A DNA stretch of 62,937 nt, the filler included, from Octopus bimaculoides (taxonomy: Eukaryota): assembly GCF_001194135.2 (NCBI RefSeq). It is 8 parts of 8 records of this genome, joined end to end, with 100 filler letters (N's around TTAATTAATTAA, not from the genome) between each part and the next. Parts side by side here need not be neighbours in the genome. Positions count along the whole stretch, not along the records: positions 36,678 to 41,896 come from NC_068985.1; positions 41,997 to 51,346 come from NC_068992.1; 6 more parts are not named here. One strand, written 5' to 3'. A model generated the notes under the pieces. It was not told the origin of the DNA, did no database searches, and was given only the letters and a program-made list of their open reading frames with translations. Position numbers and translations under genes: made by a program. Below are positions 37,451 to 49,137 of this stretch, one piece after another. Each line of letters opens with the position of its first letter. Position 1 is the first letter of the stretch.

Positions 37451-38526
37451 GGTAGCAGTCAGTTTTCTGCATTAGATTCCTTGGAAGAAAGCAGCGAATG
37501 TATACATAAACAAGGACGGGAAAAAAAAGCGAACAATGTTACACAAATACAATAAAAATAATAACAGGACATAGCAACAGATGTCTTTCGACTAAGGACG
37601 AATTAAATTAAGCTGGCGTTGTGGAAATAAGGCCTTATGGCAGGAATACAAGATTTCACAGGCACAGGGAAGAATAACGATGTTACACGTACAACGGCCG
37701 GCCAAGAAAGAAAGATCACACTTTTATTATTTTTATTATTTTTTTATTATTTTTATTGTATTTGTGTAACATTGTTCATTTTTTTTTCGCTCTTGTTTTT
37801 GTATATATTCGCTGCTTTCTTCCAAGGAATCTAATGCTCTTAGCTTAGTTTTTCCTTGGGGCTGGCCAGATTGGAGTAATATCGCCTGAATGCATACTAG
37901 GCTGGGTGGGGGTGCTTGTCTCCCCCTCGCAAATATGAGGACACAGGAAATGTGTCAAGGCCGACATGAAGCGGTCCAGCTTCCTAGGGCTAAATAGTGG
38001 CAGTATGATTCCCTTATTGGGACAGTCACATTAAGTTGACAGTATACAACTGCTTTATCGTAACACTGCTGCTTAATTTTCTATATGAGATTTATAATTA
38101 GATCATTTCTAATTTTTGTAATCAGTAAATGTGTTTTCACTGAAAATATATATTTGCGAGGGTTTGACATGCATCTTCAGCCAGCTGGTGTTGCTACTTC
38201 AGGCTGATGACGAGAAATGACTCAGAAACATTTCTCGAGAATAACCAGCCGAAATTGCAAGTATAAACTGGATCTCGACTGAAGAGAGAAAACTCCGAAT
38301 GACCTGTCCGTGTTTTCTTTGTATCGCCTATCTGTATGTTTTGGACCTTTCGTGTATCACCTCACTGTCTGGATGTTTTGCGTCCTTGTTCCATTTTGTA
38401 TTATTTATACAGTGGCAGGTAACGCTAAGTAAGTGCTATGGACAGACCGTAGTTAAACTCTTGGTTCGATAGTAATACGACTGAGGAGTCTAATGTGGGT
38501 CTTGTATTAGCATGCATATATATATG

Positions 38527-38759
38527 TTAGACAAAATGAGATAATAAAGCCAAGCCTGTGAGCAGTTTTCAGGACATTTATAAGGAAAAAGATATATAGT
38601 CTTACAGCTGTTTATGGGATATCATGGACATCTCTTCATCAGATGAAGAGATGTCCATAATATCCCATAAACAGCTGTAAGACTATATCAATATCTTTTT
38701 CCTTATCAACGTCCTGAAAACTGCTCACAGCCTTGGCTTTGTAATCTCATTTTGTCTAA
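38527..38759. repeat. Near-perfect ~233-bp palindrome (foldback element) between TA runs
   Basis: Arms 38527-38640 and 38642-38759 are reverse complements with few mismatches and small indels around a 1-nt centre. Confidence 0.9.
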
Positions 38760-38874
38760 TATATATATATATATATATTGATAGAAAAGACAACAAAAGG
38801 AAGAAAGAGACCTCGATATTATGTAAATAAAGGAATTTATCTGTAAAACTATATGACAATTATTCGGTAGCGAT

Positions 38875-38935
38875 GATAAAACTCCGAGTTTCGGATGCCG
38901 GGGCGGAAACTCATGCCGCGATCTCTTCAGTTATC
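38875..38935 (-). ncRNA. Putative minimal type-I hammerhead ribozyme (Penelope-type)
   Basis: GAUAA-CUGAAGA-[stem II region]-GAAA-CUC-G-GAG-UU-UUAUC: intact core boxes, 5-bp stem I, pseudo-palindromic stem III; stem II is imperfect. Confidence 0.5.
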
Positions 38936-39579
38936 CGGCCATTGAAAATTCCTATGAAAATGACCGTTAAACAAAGGGAAATTACTGTGTGGTTGACTAT
39001 TATTAAGACAACAGATTTATTAGAATGACCGATAACTGAGCGGGGAGTAAAGGTAAGGGAGTAAAAAAGTCCATAGTATTCGCACCAATCCGTACATNNN
39101 NNNNNNNNNNNNNNNNNNNNNNNNNNNNNNNNNNNNNNNNNNNNNNNNNNNNNNNNNNNNNNNNNNNNNNNNNNNNNNNNNNNNNNNNNNNNNNNNNNNN
39201 NNNNNNNNNNNNNNNNNNNNNNNNNNNNNNNNNNNNNNNNNNNNNNNNNNNNNNNNNNNNNNNNNNNNNNNNNNNNNNNNNNNNNNATATATATATATAT
39301 ATATACATATAAAAGTAGGAGTAAGTGTGGTTTGTGTTTGTATGATTGGGTGTACGTGTGAGTGTGTGCGTGTGGGTGTGTATGAGCGTGTGTATGTGTA
39401 ATAAATACTTCAATGAAAACCAGTCTTGTACATTGATTATGTTTTGTCATACTTGATGATATTGTAATACTTTTACATATATTACTATGGGTATCACTTG
39501 GCAACATAGGGCAGTATGTATATGAGAGAGAGAGACGCAGTATGAAAGATACAAGAATCATTATTGATCACTACAATTG

Positions 39580-39780
39580 TTTTCACCTATCTAGCATCGA
39601 TCCCTCTATCTGTCTGGTCATCTGGTAATTGATTGCCTTCACTGTTGACTACCTGTCCCCTTCTCATGAGTAATATTGCACACTTATCTATGCCAAATCC
39701 CATGCCTATATCTTTGCCGAAGAGTCTTACAGTCTTTATGAAGGATTCTATCTCTTTTTCATTCTTACAACTGCCCAACG
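39580..39780 (-). pseudogene. R4/Dong-clade non-LTR RT fragment
   Basis: KTVRLFGKDIGMGFGIDKCAILLMRRGQV. Confidence 0.75.
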
Positions 39781-40999
39781 AACGGGTACATGGATCCCTG
39801 AGTAGCAGTTTTTTTGTGATGTTTTTGTGGTGTTTTTGCAGCTTTGATAATAAAGCATATTACTCTATTCGAGTACAATTTTTTCCCCCTTCTTTCACAT
39901 GTATATACATTTATGTATGAGCCTCTTTTATCGCTCCAGATACGTTCGTAAAAATTTTGTGATTATATAGGTCATAATAACGTAGCATAATAAGAAATGC
40001 GAGCTTGACAGACTATTTTTAATAGTGATACTATATCTAAATGACGATGATACAATCGCCAAAGGACGGAGAATTTCAGAGTACTCGTTGTCGCAACGTA
40101 CAAGCACTTAATCACTTTTAGATAAGTTCACACAATGTGATATCACACATTGTGACCTAAAATTACGATAAAATTACAAAACAAATTTGCTATCTAATGT
40201 TTTTTATGAAATTATAATGCAGGTCATATTCATCAGAATCAGAAGTACACAGGCTTATTCACCACTACTTCGGTTGAAAAGGAACACCGAGAAATAGGAC
40301 AAGTTATAGTTGAGATAAGGATTCAGACTATGATTCTATCCCAGTTATTGGTTACTCTTTGAGATATCTAGCACTTAGCTGTGTAGCTCTAAAATGACAA
40401 AATGGTTAAGTCTGGAAAATTTTGACCATCAACAATAGTAATCATTATTAACTTCACTTAGATTGAAACCAAAATCACAGTTGTCCTCAAGTTACAATCT
40501 ACGGCCTTAAAAATAGGGCAATGGGATATCTTAAAGAGCATTAAATAATATCTTAAAATAGGGCACATTAGATAATTAACCAAGAAAAATCCTGGCTACG
40601 GTAGCTACCATATCAGACCATGTGATCTTAAAAGTAGGACAAACTAAATAATGTCCTAGAGTAGTGTACAATAAATTATGTTAATTACGTTTACATGAGT
40701 CTTCTTTTACAAAGTAAGATATCACGTGAAGAACATTGCGTTTGAATTCTCAGTCGGGGTTATTCTCAGGGAACTGGTACAGATTTCTGTTATCTTGGTA
40801 GAGGGATAATCTGTTTCTCCACTAAAGTGTCCAAAAGTGCAAGGAAGGTAGAAATTACATCCGTATCCATGTGTAGGATAAAGGAATTGGCATCTTAGTG
40901 GGAGGAGAACTGCTTCGACAGCATTGTAAATCTGAAAGATCCTGAAGTTCTAAAAGTTGCTTAGATTATTATCAATTACCCACAATACCTTAGATTTAA

Positions 41000-41896
41000 A
41001 GCTAAGCTGTTCGACATATATTCTGACTGCTTCACAAAAGCACGAAACAAACCATTGCGTGAAGGTTGATATTGTCACTCAGGCTTCTGGTTTTCAAATC
41101 ACAAAAGCATTTTTCCCAACCAAGCTTTTCGATCTTCTGTAATGTGATATTTGCAGTGTGGGGTCGCGCATTGTCCTGATAAAACATCACTCCTTTTCGA
41201 TTCACTAAAGCGGGTCTTTTTTTCTTCAAAGCTTGGTTCAAACGCTCTAATTGCTGACAGTAGACTTGAGCATTGATTGTTGCATTAGGTGGTAACAATT
41301 CAAAGTGTATTACTCATTTGCAATACAACCAGATTGAGAGAAGAACCTCTTTTTCCATGACGTTCCCTTCTGGATTGTGCTTGAACTTTTCCCCCTCTTA
41401 CCAAGCCACTGTTTACGACGTTTAACATTTCGATAAAAGATCCATTTTCGTCACCAGTCACAAGTCTATCGAAAAAGGGTGAAATGAGTTCGCAAGAATG
41501 GAGAAAAGGGCAGATGTCAACTCGGGATTTGCGGTTGCTTTTAGAAAATTCATGAGGCACCCATTTTCCAAGTTTAGGAACCTTTCAACGTTGTTGAAGA
41601 TGATGAATAGTTGTATTGCTTGAACTAAGCTTTATTGCCAATTCTTCAACTGATAATGCAGGATTTTCTTCAAGGAGCTTATCATGAAACTCAACTGGAC
41701 GTCCTGTTCGATCTTCATCTTCAAGGCTGAAATCTCCACTTCTGAATTTTGCAAACCATTTTCTGCAAGTTCTTTCATTCAAGCATTCTTTCCCATAAAC
41801 TGAATGTATGTTTCGAGTCGCTTTGGCTGCAGAGTTTCCTTTTTTGTACTCATAAAGCATTCTGTGCCACAAATGCTCTTTGGATACTTCCATGTT
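41000..41896 (-). pseudogene. mariner transposase remnant (Mos1/SETMAR-like), copy 1
   Basis: HTH region MLYEYKKGNSAAKATRNI...KWFAKFRSGDFSLED, WVPHE, LVTGDE, FYQDNARPH. Confidence 0.9.
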
Positions 41897-41996
41897 NNNN
41901 NNNNNNNNNNNNNNNNNNNNNNNNNNNNNNNNNNNNNNNNTTAATTAATTAANNNNNNNNNNNNNNNNNNNNNNNNNNNNNNNNNNNNNNNNNNNN

Positions 41997-42036
<40 letters not shown>

Positions 42037-42119
42037 ATATATATGTTGACCGGGAAGCATTAGCTTTTTATCCTTGAGATGTTACCTCTTGTATTGTGTT
42101 TGGGCGTGTAACGCTTTGG

Positions 42120-43558
42120 TTTACGAGGTTGCTGGTGGAAGTTTATTTCATTGGGTGAATGCTGTATAGAGTGTGTCTTGTATTTGTAGGATATTTCGTT
42201 TAGGTTGTATTATTGAATTGATAGTGTCTTGCGTAGGATGTGGGTTGTTCTTAGCAGGGCTATTTTTGGGACAGTGTGTAGTGTTAAAGATCCAAGTATA
42301 GCGTCTACGTTTTTGTTCATATGATTTTTTTTTATCATGCCCAATGCCCCAGTTATTATTGTTTTTACCTTCATGCCACACATTTTGCATAATTCAACAT
42401 CGAGGTCTTTGTACTTTGACAATTCCTCCTCTTCTATTTTCACAATATTTTGATCAGAAGGTACTACAATGTCTATCAGTAAGCAGGTGTTTTTTTTACC
42501 CAAGCCTTTACTGTTATGTGTGGGCGATTAGCTGTTATTCCTTCGTCGGTTTGGACCGGCGTATCCCAGAGGATTACAACCTGGTTGTTGTCTTGTACCT
42601 TGCTGGTACATTCTGATACCACCTGCTGTCAGTTTTGATGTAATCTTGGCATAGTGTCCAGTAGATATAATTAATTGCATTCTCGTGTCTGTATATATAT
42701 TCAGATTTGGCAAGGACTGGGCAGCCCGTGATGATGTGGCCAACTGTCTCATTGTTGCTGGTTGCACATTCTGCATTTGGTGTTGAGGACAGTTTTCATT
42801 ATTTTGTTTTCATAATTGTTTGTAGTCAGGCATTAATCTTGTGCAGCGAGAATCAGTCTTTCCGTTTCGGCTTGTAGTTCAGGGATTTCGAGTCATTGTT
42901 GGCTTTTACTTAGGCACACTTCATCTCAGTGAAGCCTTGCAGGGTATTGGCCATAAAGTGATTTTTCTCTCCATTTCTTCTTCAGTATCTTTTGTAATTC
43001 TGTATTCATGTTTTTTTTTTGTCTCTTGGACCATTTCTTCTATGCTGTCATCTGCTATGTAGTCATTAATATTATTATTATAATTCAGTAGTTTTATTTT
43101 TATAACGTGCTTTCACTTCACTACCGAGCGCTGCTCTGTGTGCTTTGTGTATGTTCTGTGGTTTGCTGTGATGCTCTTATGGTTACTGTATTGAAAGTGT
43201 TTTGTGTAGGATGTGTGCAGTGCCCAGTAGTGCAATTTTCTGTGTTATATATACTTGTAAGTCTTGATGTTTCTGTCTGAATATTTTTTATCATACCTTA
43301 TGCACCCACTATGAGAGGAATTGTTTCTGTTTTTACATTCTACATTTGAGTTACCTCTATTTCCAGGTTTTTGTATTTTGAAAGTTTCTCTATTTCTTTT
43401 AGGGAAACGTTGTCATCTGCTGGTATCGATACATCAATTAGAAAGCATTTTTTTCTTCATGATCTCTGACAACTATATCTGGCATATTGGTCTTAATTTC
43501 TCTATCTGTGTGTATTCGCATATCCCAGAGTATGGTTGCTTTATTATTATTTTATTAC

Positions 43559-43595
<37 letters not shown>

Positions 43596-43880
43596 TTATA
43601 TTTGACTTTTCTTTTGCATTTGTACAAGTTGGATCCAAGTCTCACCCAGAGACCTCAAGAGACAACAAATTAGAAGTTCATGTAGGTGTTATGCCTAGGC
43701 TACCATNNNNNNNNNNNNNNNNNNNNNNNNNNNNNNNNNNNNNNNNNNNNNNNNNNNNNNNNNNNNNNNNNNNNNNNNNNNNNNNNNNNNNNNNNNNNNN
43801 NNCTTCAGATTCCACATTTTGCTAATTTCTATTTCAAGATCTTTATACTTGCTCAGTTTTTGGTAGGTCTTGAAAGATAC
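42120..43880 (-). mobile_element. Three head-to-tail R4/Dong-like (RLE) 3' fragments
   Basis: CCHC knuckle (ETVGHIITGCPVL), RLE motif LLIDIVVPSD...KYKDL (twice more as KYKDLEIEISKMW and QKIALLGTAHIL), and (TAA)n tails at ~43066-43085 and ~43545-43600. Confidence 0.8.
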
Positions 43881-43934
<54 letters not shown>

Positions 43935-44004
43935 GTTGTTGTTGTTGTTGTTGTTGTTATGGTTGTTGTTGTTGTTGTTGTTGTTATGGTTGTTGTTGTT
44001 GTGG

Positions 44005-44045
<41 letters not shown>

Positions 44046-44050
44046 GCTAA

Positions 44051-44082
<32 letters not shown>

Positions 44083-44990
44083 TTGTCGTTGTTATCATTA
44101 TTTCCTATACGCACAGCAGATTAGACCGCTGCAAAAGAAAAATGCCTAACAACCGGCTACAACAAATAATCTTAGATGTCATTAACTTTCCTAAGTATCC
44201 TAGCTGTCCCTGAAAAGCTGATTTCTGGAACTGCACTAAGATTATCAATATCAACATCAACAGCAGCATTATAGCCAATCAGTTTCCTTTTCCGAAAGTC
44301 TAAGAACCTATTGGAGAATATCGACTGAACAATTTGATTTTAATTTTCAACATACAAAACCCGTTATATGAAAAGAATCACGTGTATTCTAGTAATATCT
44401 TTCGAGAATTTTCTGTCATATTACAAAGTATGAACTGAGGTGACCTTTGAAGTTGTGGCAGTTGTAGGTTTTCAACACTCGAGCAAAGTACTGGCAGAAA
44501 TTGACTTTAATCTTGTCAATTGATAATCCAAACTAAATATTAAAGAGAATTAATTTTAAACTTCGAATGGTTTGGTAATTGAAATCATTATATTTCATAA
44601 CATTTAGTTCTATAGAAAATAGAATGTAACACCTTTGGCCTTATGTAGGATGAAGTAATATCTCCTTCTAATATGATTTTTAACACTTTTACAATTGTAT
44701 GAATTCATTGGGTGGACAAAATCGTTCAGGATATCTAAAGCACCTTCTATCTTTTGCTTGTTTCGGTCATTAAAATACAGCCGAGCTCAGGCAAGGTCTT
44801 GAAGAATTTGGTCGAACGAATTTATCTGAATACAATTTTTTTTTAATCCTGGTAATAATTCTATCGATCTCTTATGCGCAATAGATAGGTTAAAGGGACT
44901 TAAACACAATAACACAGGTTGTTAAGGTTCGTAGGAAACTATTATATACACGCACGTTCATGCACATGCATACGCATCTCTATCTATATC

Positions 44991-45268
44991 TATGGAATAT
45001 ATAATATATAATATAAAAAAAGATGGATGGTACAATGAAATGAAGTATTGAATGTCTTATTGAATATATGAAATATTGAGTGTTCAATATAAAGGATTAC
45101 ATGTATAAATATATAAAGGCGAATACGTATTTTCTATACCTTGTTGTATTTCATCATGGCCGGTATGACAGACTGTAACAAGCATATTCCATATACTCAA
45201 TAAGACATTCAATACTTCATTTCATTGTACCATCCATTTTTTAAATATTATATATTATATATTCCATA
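44991..45268. repeat. Inverted repeat with ~85-bp arms (44991-45076 and 45184-45268) around a 107-bp spacer
   Basis: Arms are reverse complements with a few mismatches. Confidence 0.9.
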
Positions 45269-45324
45269 TTCTATATCCCACATAAATTTTACAAGAATAT
45301 AAATAAAAAACATAAAAAAACAGA

Positions 45325-45506
45325 CTGATGGAGAAGATAAAGATGTTAAATGAAAAACTTGATAAATACGAAACTGTAGATTCTGAATAAAATCTTTATT
45401 TCACGTAAATACATTGTTTGTTATTAATGAATGTTTTTGCATCCTCTTGCACGTTATATGTATACTAATGACCCCAAAACATTCGCATCTTCGTCACGTC
45501 GCGCGA
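45325..45506 (+). repeat. Second copy of the Rep 3' end plus intergenic region (equivalent to 13301-13482)
   Basis: Ungapped 182-bp match with 5 mismatches by manual comparison. Confidence 0.93.
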
Positions 45507-45535
45507 GTACCATATTCAAGTACCATATATATATA

Positions 45536-45685
45536 TATATTTCAAGGTTTTTAACTTTTAAATTTGCATATTTAAAAGAGATAGAAACTTCAAACTCGAT
45601 ATATCCAAGATCGATTTATAAATCGAGTTTGAAGTTTCTATCTCTTTTAAATATACAAATTTAAAAGTTAAAAACCTTGAAATAT
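45536..45685. repeat. Hairpin with 65-bp arms (1 mismatch) and a 21-nt loop
   Basis: 45536-45600 is the reverse complement of 45622-45685, apart from one mismatch. Confidence 0.92.
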
Positions 45686-47959
45686 AAATATAAACTGTGA
45701 GAACGACCCTTAAGGAATCTAATTAATGATCCTCTAAGGTAAGTTCTTATGCTATATTGGTAACGGTTGNNNNNNNNNNNNNNNNNNNNNNNNNNNNNNN
45801 NNNNNNNNNNNNNNNNNNNNNNNNNNNNNNNNNNNNNNNNNNNNNNNNNNNNNNNNNNNNNNNNNNNNNNNNNNNNNNNNNNNNNNNNNNNNNNNNNNNN
45901 NNNNNNNNNNNNNNNNNNNNNNNNNNNNNNNNNNNNNNNNNNNNNNNNNNNNNNNNNNNNNNNNNNNNNNNNNNNNNNNNNNNNNNNNNNNNNNNNNNNN
46001 NNNNNNNNNNNNNNNNNNNNNNNNNNNNNNNNNNNNNNNNNNNNNNNNNNNNNNNNNNNNNNNNNNNNNNNNNNNNNNNNNNNNNNNNNNNNNNNNNNNN
46101 NNNNNNNNNNNNNNNNNNNNNNNNNNNNNNNNNNNNNNNNNNNNNNNNNNNNNNNNNNNNNNNNNNNNNNNNNNNNNNNNNNNNNNNNNNNNNNNNNNNN
46201 NNNNNNNNNNNNNNNNNNNNNNNNNNNNNNNNNNNNNNNNNNNNNNNNNNNNNNNNNNNNNNNNNNNNNNNNNNNNNNNNNNNNNNNNNNNNNNNNNNNN
46301 NNNNNNNNNNNNNNNNNNNNNNNNNNNNNNNNNNNNNNNNNNNNNNNNNNNNNNNNNNNNNNNNNNNNNNNNNNNNNNNNNNNNNNNNNNNNNNNNNNNN
46401 NNNNNNNNNNNNNNNNNNNNNNNNNNNNNNNNNNNNNNNNNNNNNNNNNNNNNNNNNNNNNNNNNNNNNNNNNNNNNNNNNNNNNNNNNNNNNNNNNNNN
46501 NNNNNNNNNNNNNNNNNNNNNNNNNNNNNNNNNNNNNNNNNNNNNNNNNNNNNNNNNNNNNNNNNNNNNNNNNNNNNNNNNNNNNNNNNNNNNTATATAT
46601 ATATATATATATATGAATGCATGCATTCATAATTAATTAATATTCCGAAAAATTGTTGCAATTCACACCCAATACATATTAAAAAAATATCTATAATAAT
46701 AATAACATAAGTTTGCATTTTGAAAATCGTGAGTGAAATATCTTCCGGGCAATGGACATCACGGAATTTACATGTTGATCGTTTGAGAAGCTCCAACAGA
46801 CTAAGGAGATGAAAGCATGTTTATTATGTGTGTCTCTGTGCGCGTACATTATCATTTATTTAAATATATTAATGATAACAATGTTAATAAAAATGAAGTA
46901 TATAAGAATAAAAATTAGAATAAAGAATGAAAATAAAGATTAATTATGAATAATGGAAATAATGAAATAATAAATTAACAATGAATATAAAATAACAAAA
47001 ATTAAAAAAACATGGACGTCTATGGTCTATTTTAGTTTGTGTCTGAGCGTATATTGATGTGTCCGCGTGTGCGCTTGTGTGTATGTATACAGATGCTTAT
47101 TGCCTATGTTAATCTATGTGTGTGTATGTGTGTATGTGTTTTTATGAGATTATCGAAATATATCGATTTATTTATTTATATATGCGTTTACAACTACGGA
47201 TGTCTATCGTTCGTTTCAGTTTATGCATGAGTGTGTGTGAGTGCGTGTGCATGTGTGTGTGTGTGTGCATGCGTACGTGTGTGCGTGCGCACGTGTGTGC
47301 GTGCGTGTGTGCGTGCGTGTGGGTGTGTGTGCGTGCGTGTGCGCGTATGTGTCTGTGCGTGTGTGTGTGTGCGTGCGTGCGATTTTGTCTGTGTGCGTGC
47401 GTGTGCGTTCGTGAGTGTGTGCGTNNNNNNNNNNNNNNNNNNNNNNNNNNNNNNNNNNNNNNNNNNNNNNNNNNNNNNNNNNNNNNNNNNNNNNNNNNNN
47501 NNNNNNNNNNNNNNNNNNNNNNNNNNNNNNNNNNNNNNNNNNNNNNNNNNNNNNNNNNNNNNNNNNNNNNNNNNNNNNNNNNNNNNNNNNNNNNNNNNNN
47601 NNNNNNNNNNNNNNNNNNNNNNNNNNNNNNNNNNNNNNNNNNNNNNNNNNNNNNNNNNNNNNNNNNNNNNNNNNNNNNNNNNNNNNNNNNNNNNNNNNNN
47701 NNNNNNNNNNNNNNNNNNNNNNNNNATGTGCGCATAAGAGTGTATGCATCTTAGTAGTGCAGTATCAAATCAGTTTGTTTGCACGAGGTGTGACCCAAAA
47801 GAAACAGGAAACGGTCTCTGTGGAACAAGCCCGTTGTTGTTCAGATTTCTGCTGCTAGAAGACACTTCATGGGACCCTCAGGTATCAGTCTGCCGACCGG
47901 GGTCGTACTGGCGAGTGGCGCCTCTCTGTCTTGCTGCGCTTCTCCCCAGTTCATCATTT

Positions 47960-48430
47960 TTTCCAATCGCTGAAACGAAGGAACAGCGTACTCCCGTGAA
48001 ATTCTTTTTTCTGCTGGGGAAAAGCGGCGGCTGAAACAGTTCTTCATGAAACAGAGTACAAGGACGCTGCCATGAGCAAAGCATAAGTCCACGAGTGGTT
48101 TCCACGCTTTGGGAATGGTATCTTGACCAACTTCGTTGAGGACGACCGTCGACGTCGCGATCGGTTGAAAAACATGAAAATTTATGAACTGATTTCGAAG
48201 AACTGTCACTGATATGACTGGTGTGTTCTGGAGCTCCTGCCAATGAACCTTCATCGCTGAATCGTGAATGAAAGCAGCAGCAACAAAATTTGTGGATCGC
48301 TTCCTTACAGAAGATCAAAAGAAGTCACGACTGAATGCACGTCGTGAACTGAAAGAACAGTTGCAAGATGATCTGAACCTTTCTTCTGGTGCCATTACTG
48401 GTATCGAAATCTGGTGCTACCGAATTTGCA
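47960..48430 (+). pseudogene. mariner transposase 5' remnant (distinct family)
   Basis: VKFFFLLGKS, VHEWFPRFGNG, KFVDRFLTEDQK, AITGIEIWCY. Confidence 0.7.
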
Positions 48431-48639
48431 GATGTCGAAGGGGTCAAGAAGAAGAAAACGACGGAGTAGTTAAAAGGCATCATTCGCAGAAGTTCCAGCA
48501 CTACTTGAATAGTGGAAAACACGCCTGGACCGATGCATTGCTTTAAAGACAGAATACTTTGAAGACGATACAAGTGTAAACATGTACAATTAAGTGAATA
48601 ATATATTGCAAAATCTCGGTTTCTTTTGCGTGTGCTTGT

Positions 48640-48697
<58 letters not shown>

Positions 48698-49137
48698 NNN
48701 NNNNNNNNNNNNNNNNNNNNNNNNNNNNNNNNNNNNNNNNNNNNNNNNNNNNNNNNNNNNNNNNNNNNNNNNNNNNNNNNNNNNNNNNNNNNNNNNNNNN
48801 NNNNNNNNNNNNNNNNNNNNNNNNNNNNNNNNNNNNNNNNNNNNNNNNNNNNNNNNNNNNNNNNNNNNNNNNNNNNNNNNNNNNNNNNNNNNNNNNNNNN
48901 NNNNNNNNNNNNNNNNNNNNNNNNNNNNNNNNNNNNNNNNNNNNNNNNNNNNNNNNNNNNNNNNNNNNNNNNNNNNNNNNNNNNNNNNNNNNNNNNNNNN
49001 NNNNNNNNNNNNNNNNNNNNNNNNNNNNNNNNNNNNNNNNNNNNNNNNNNNNNNNNNNNNNNNNNNNNNNNNNNNNNNNNNNNNNNNNNNNNNNNNNNNN
49101 NNNNNNNNNNNNNNNNNNNNNNNNNNNNNNNNNNNNN

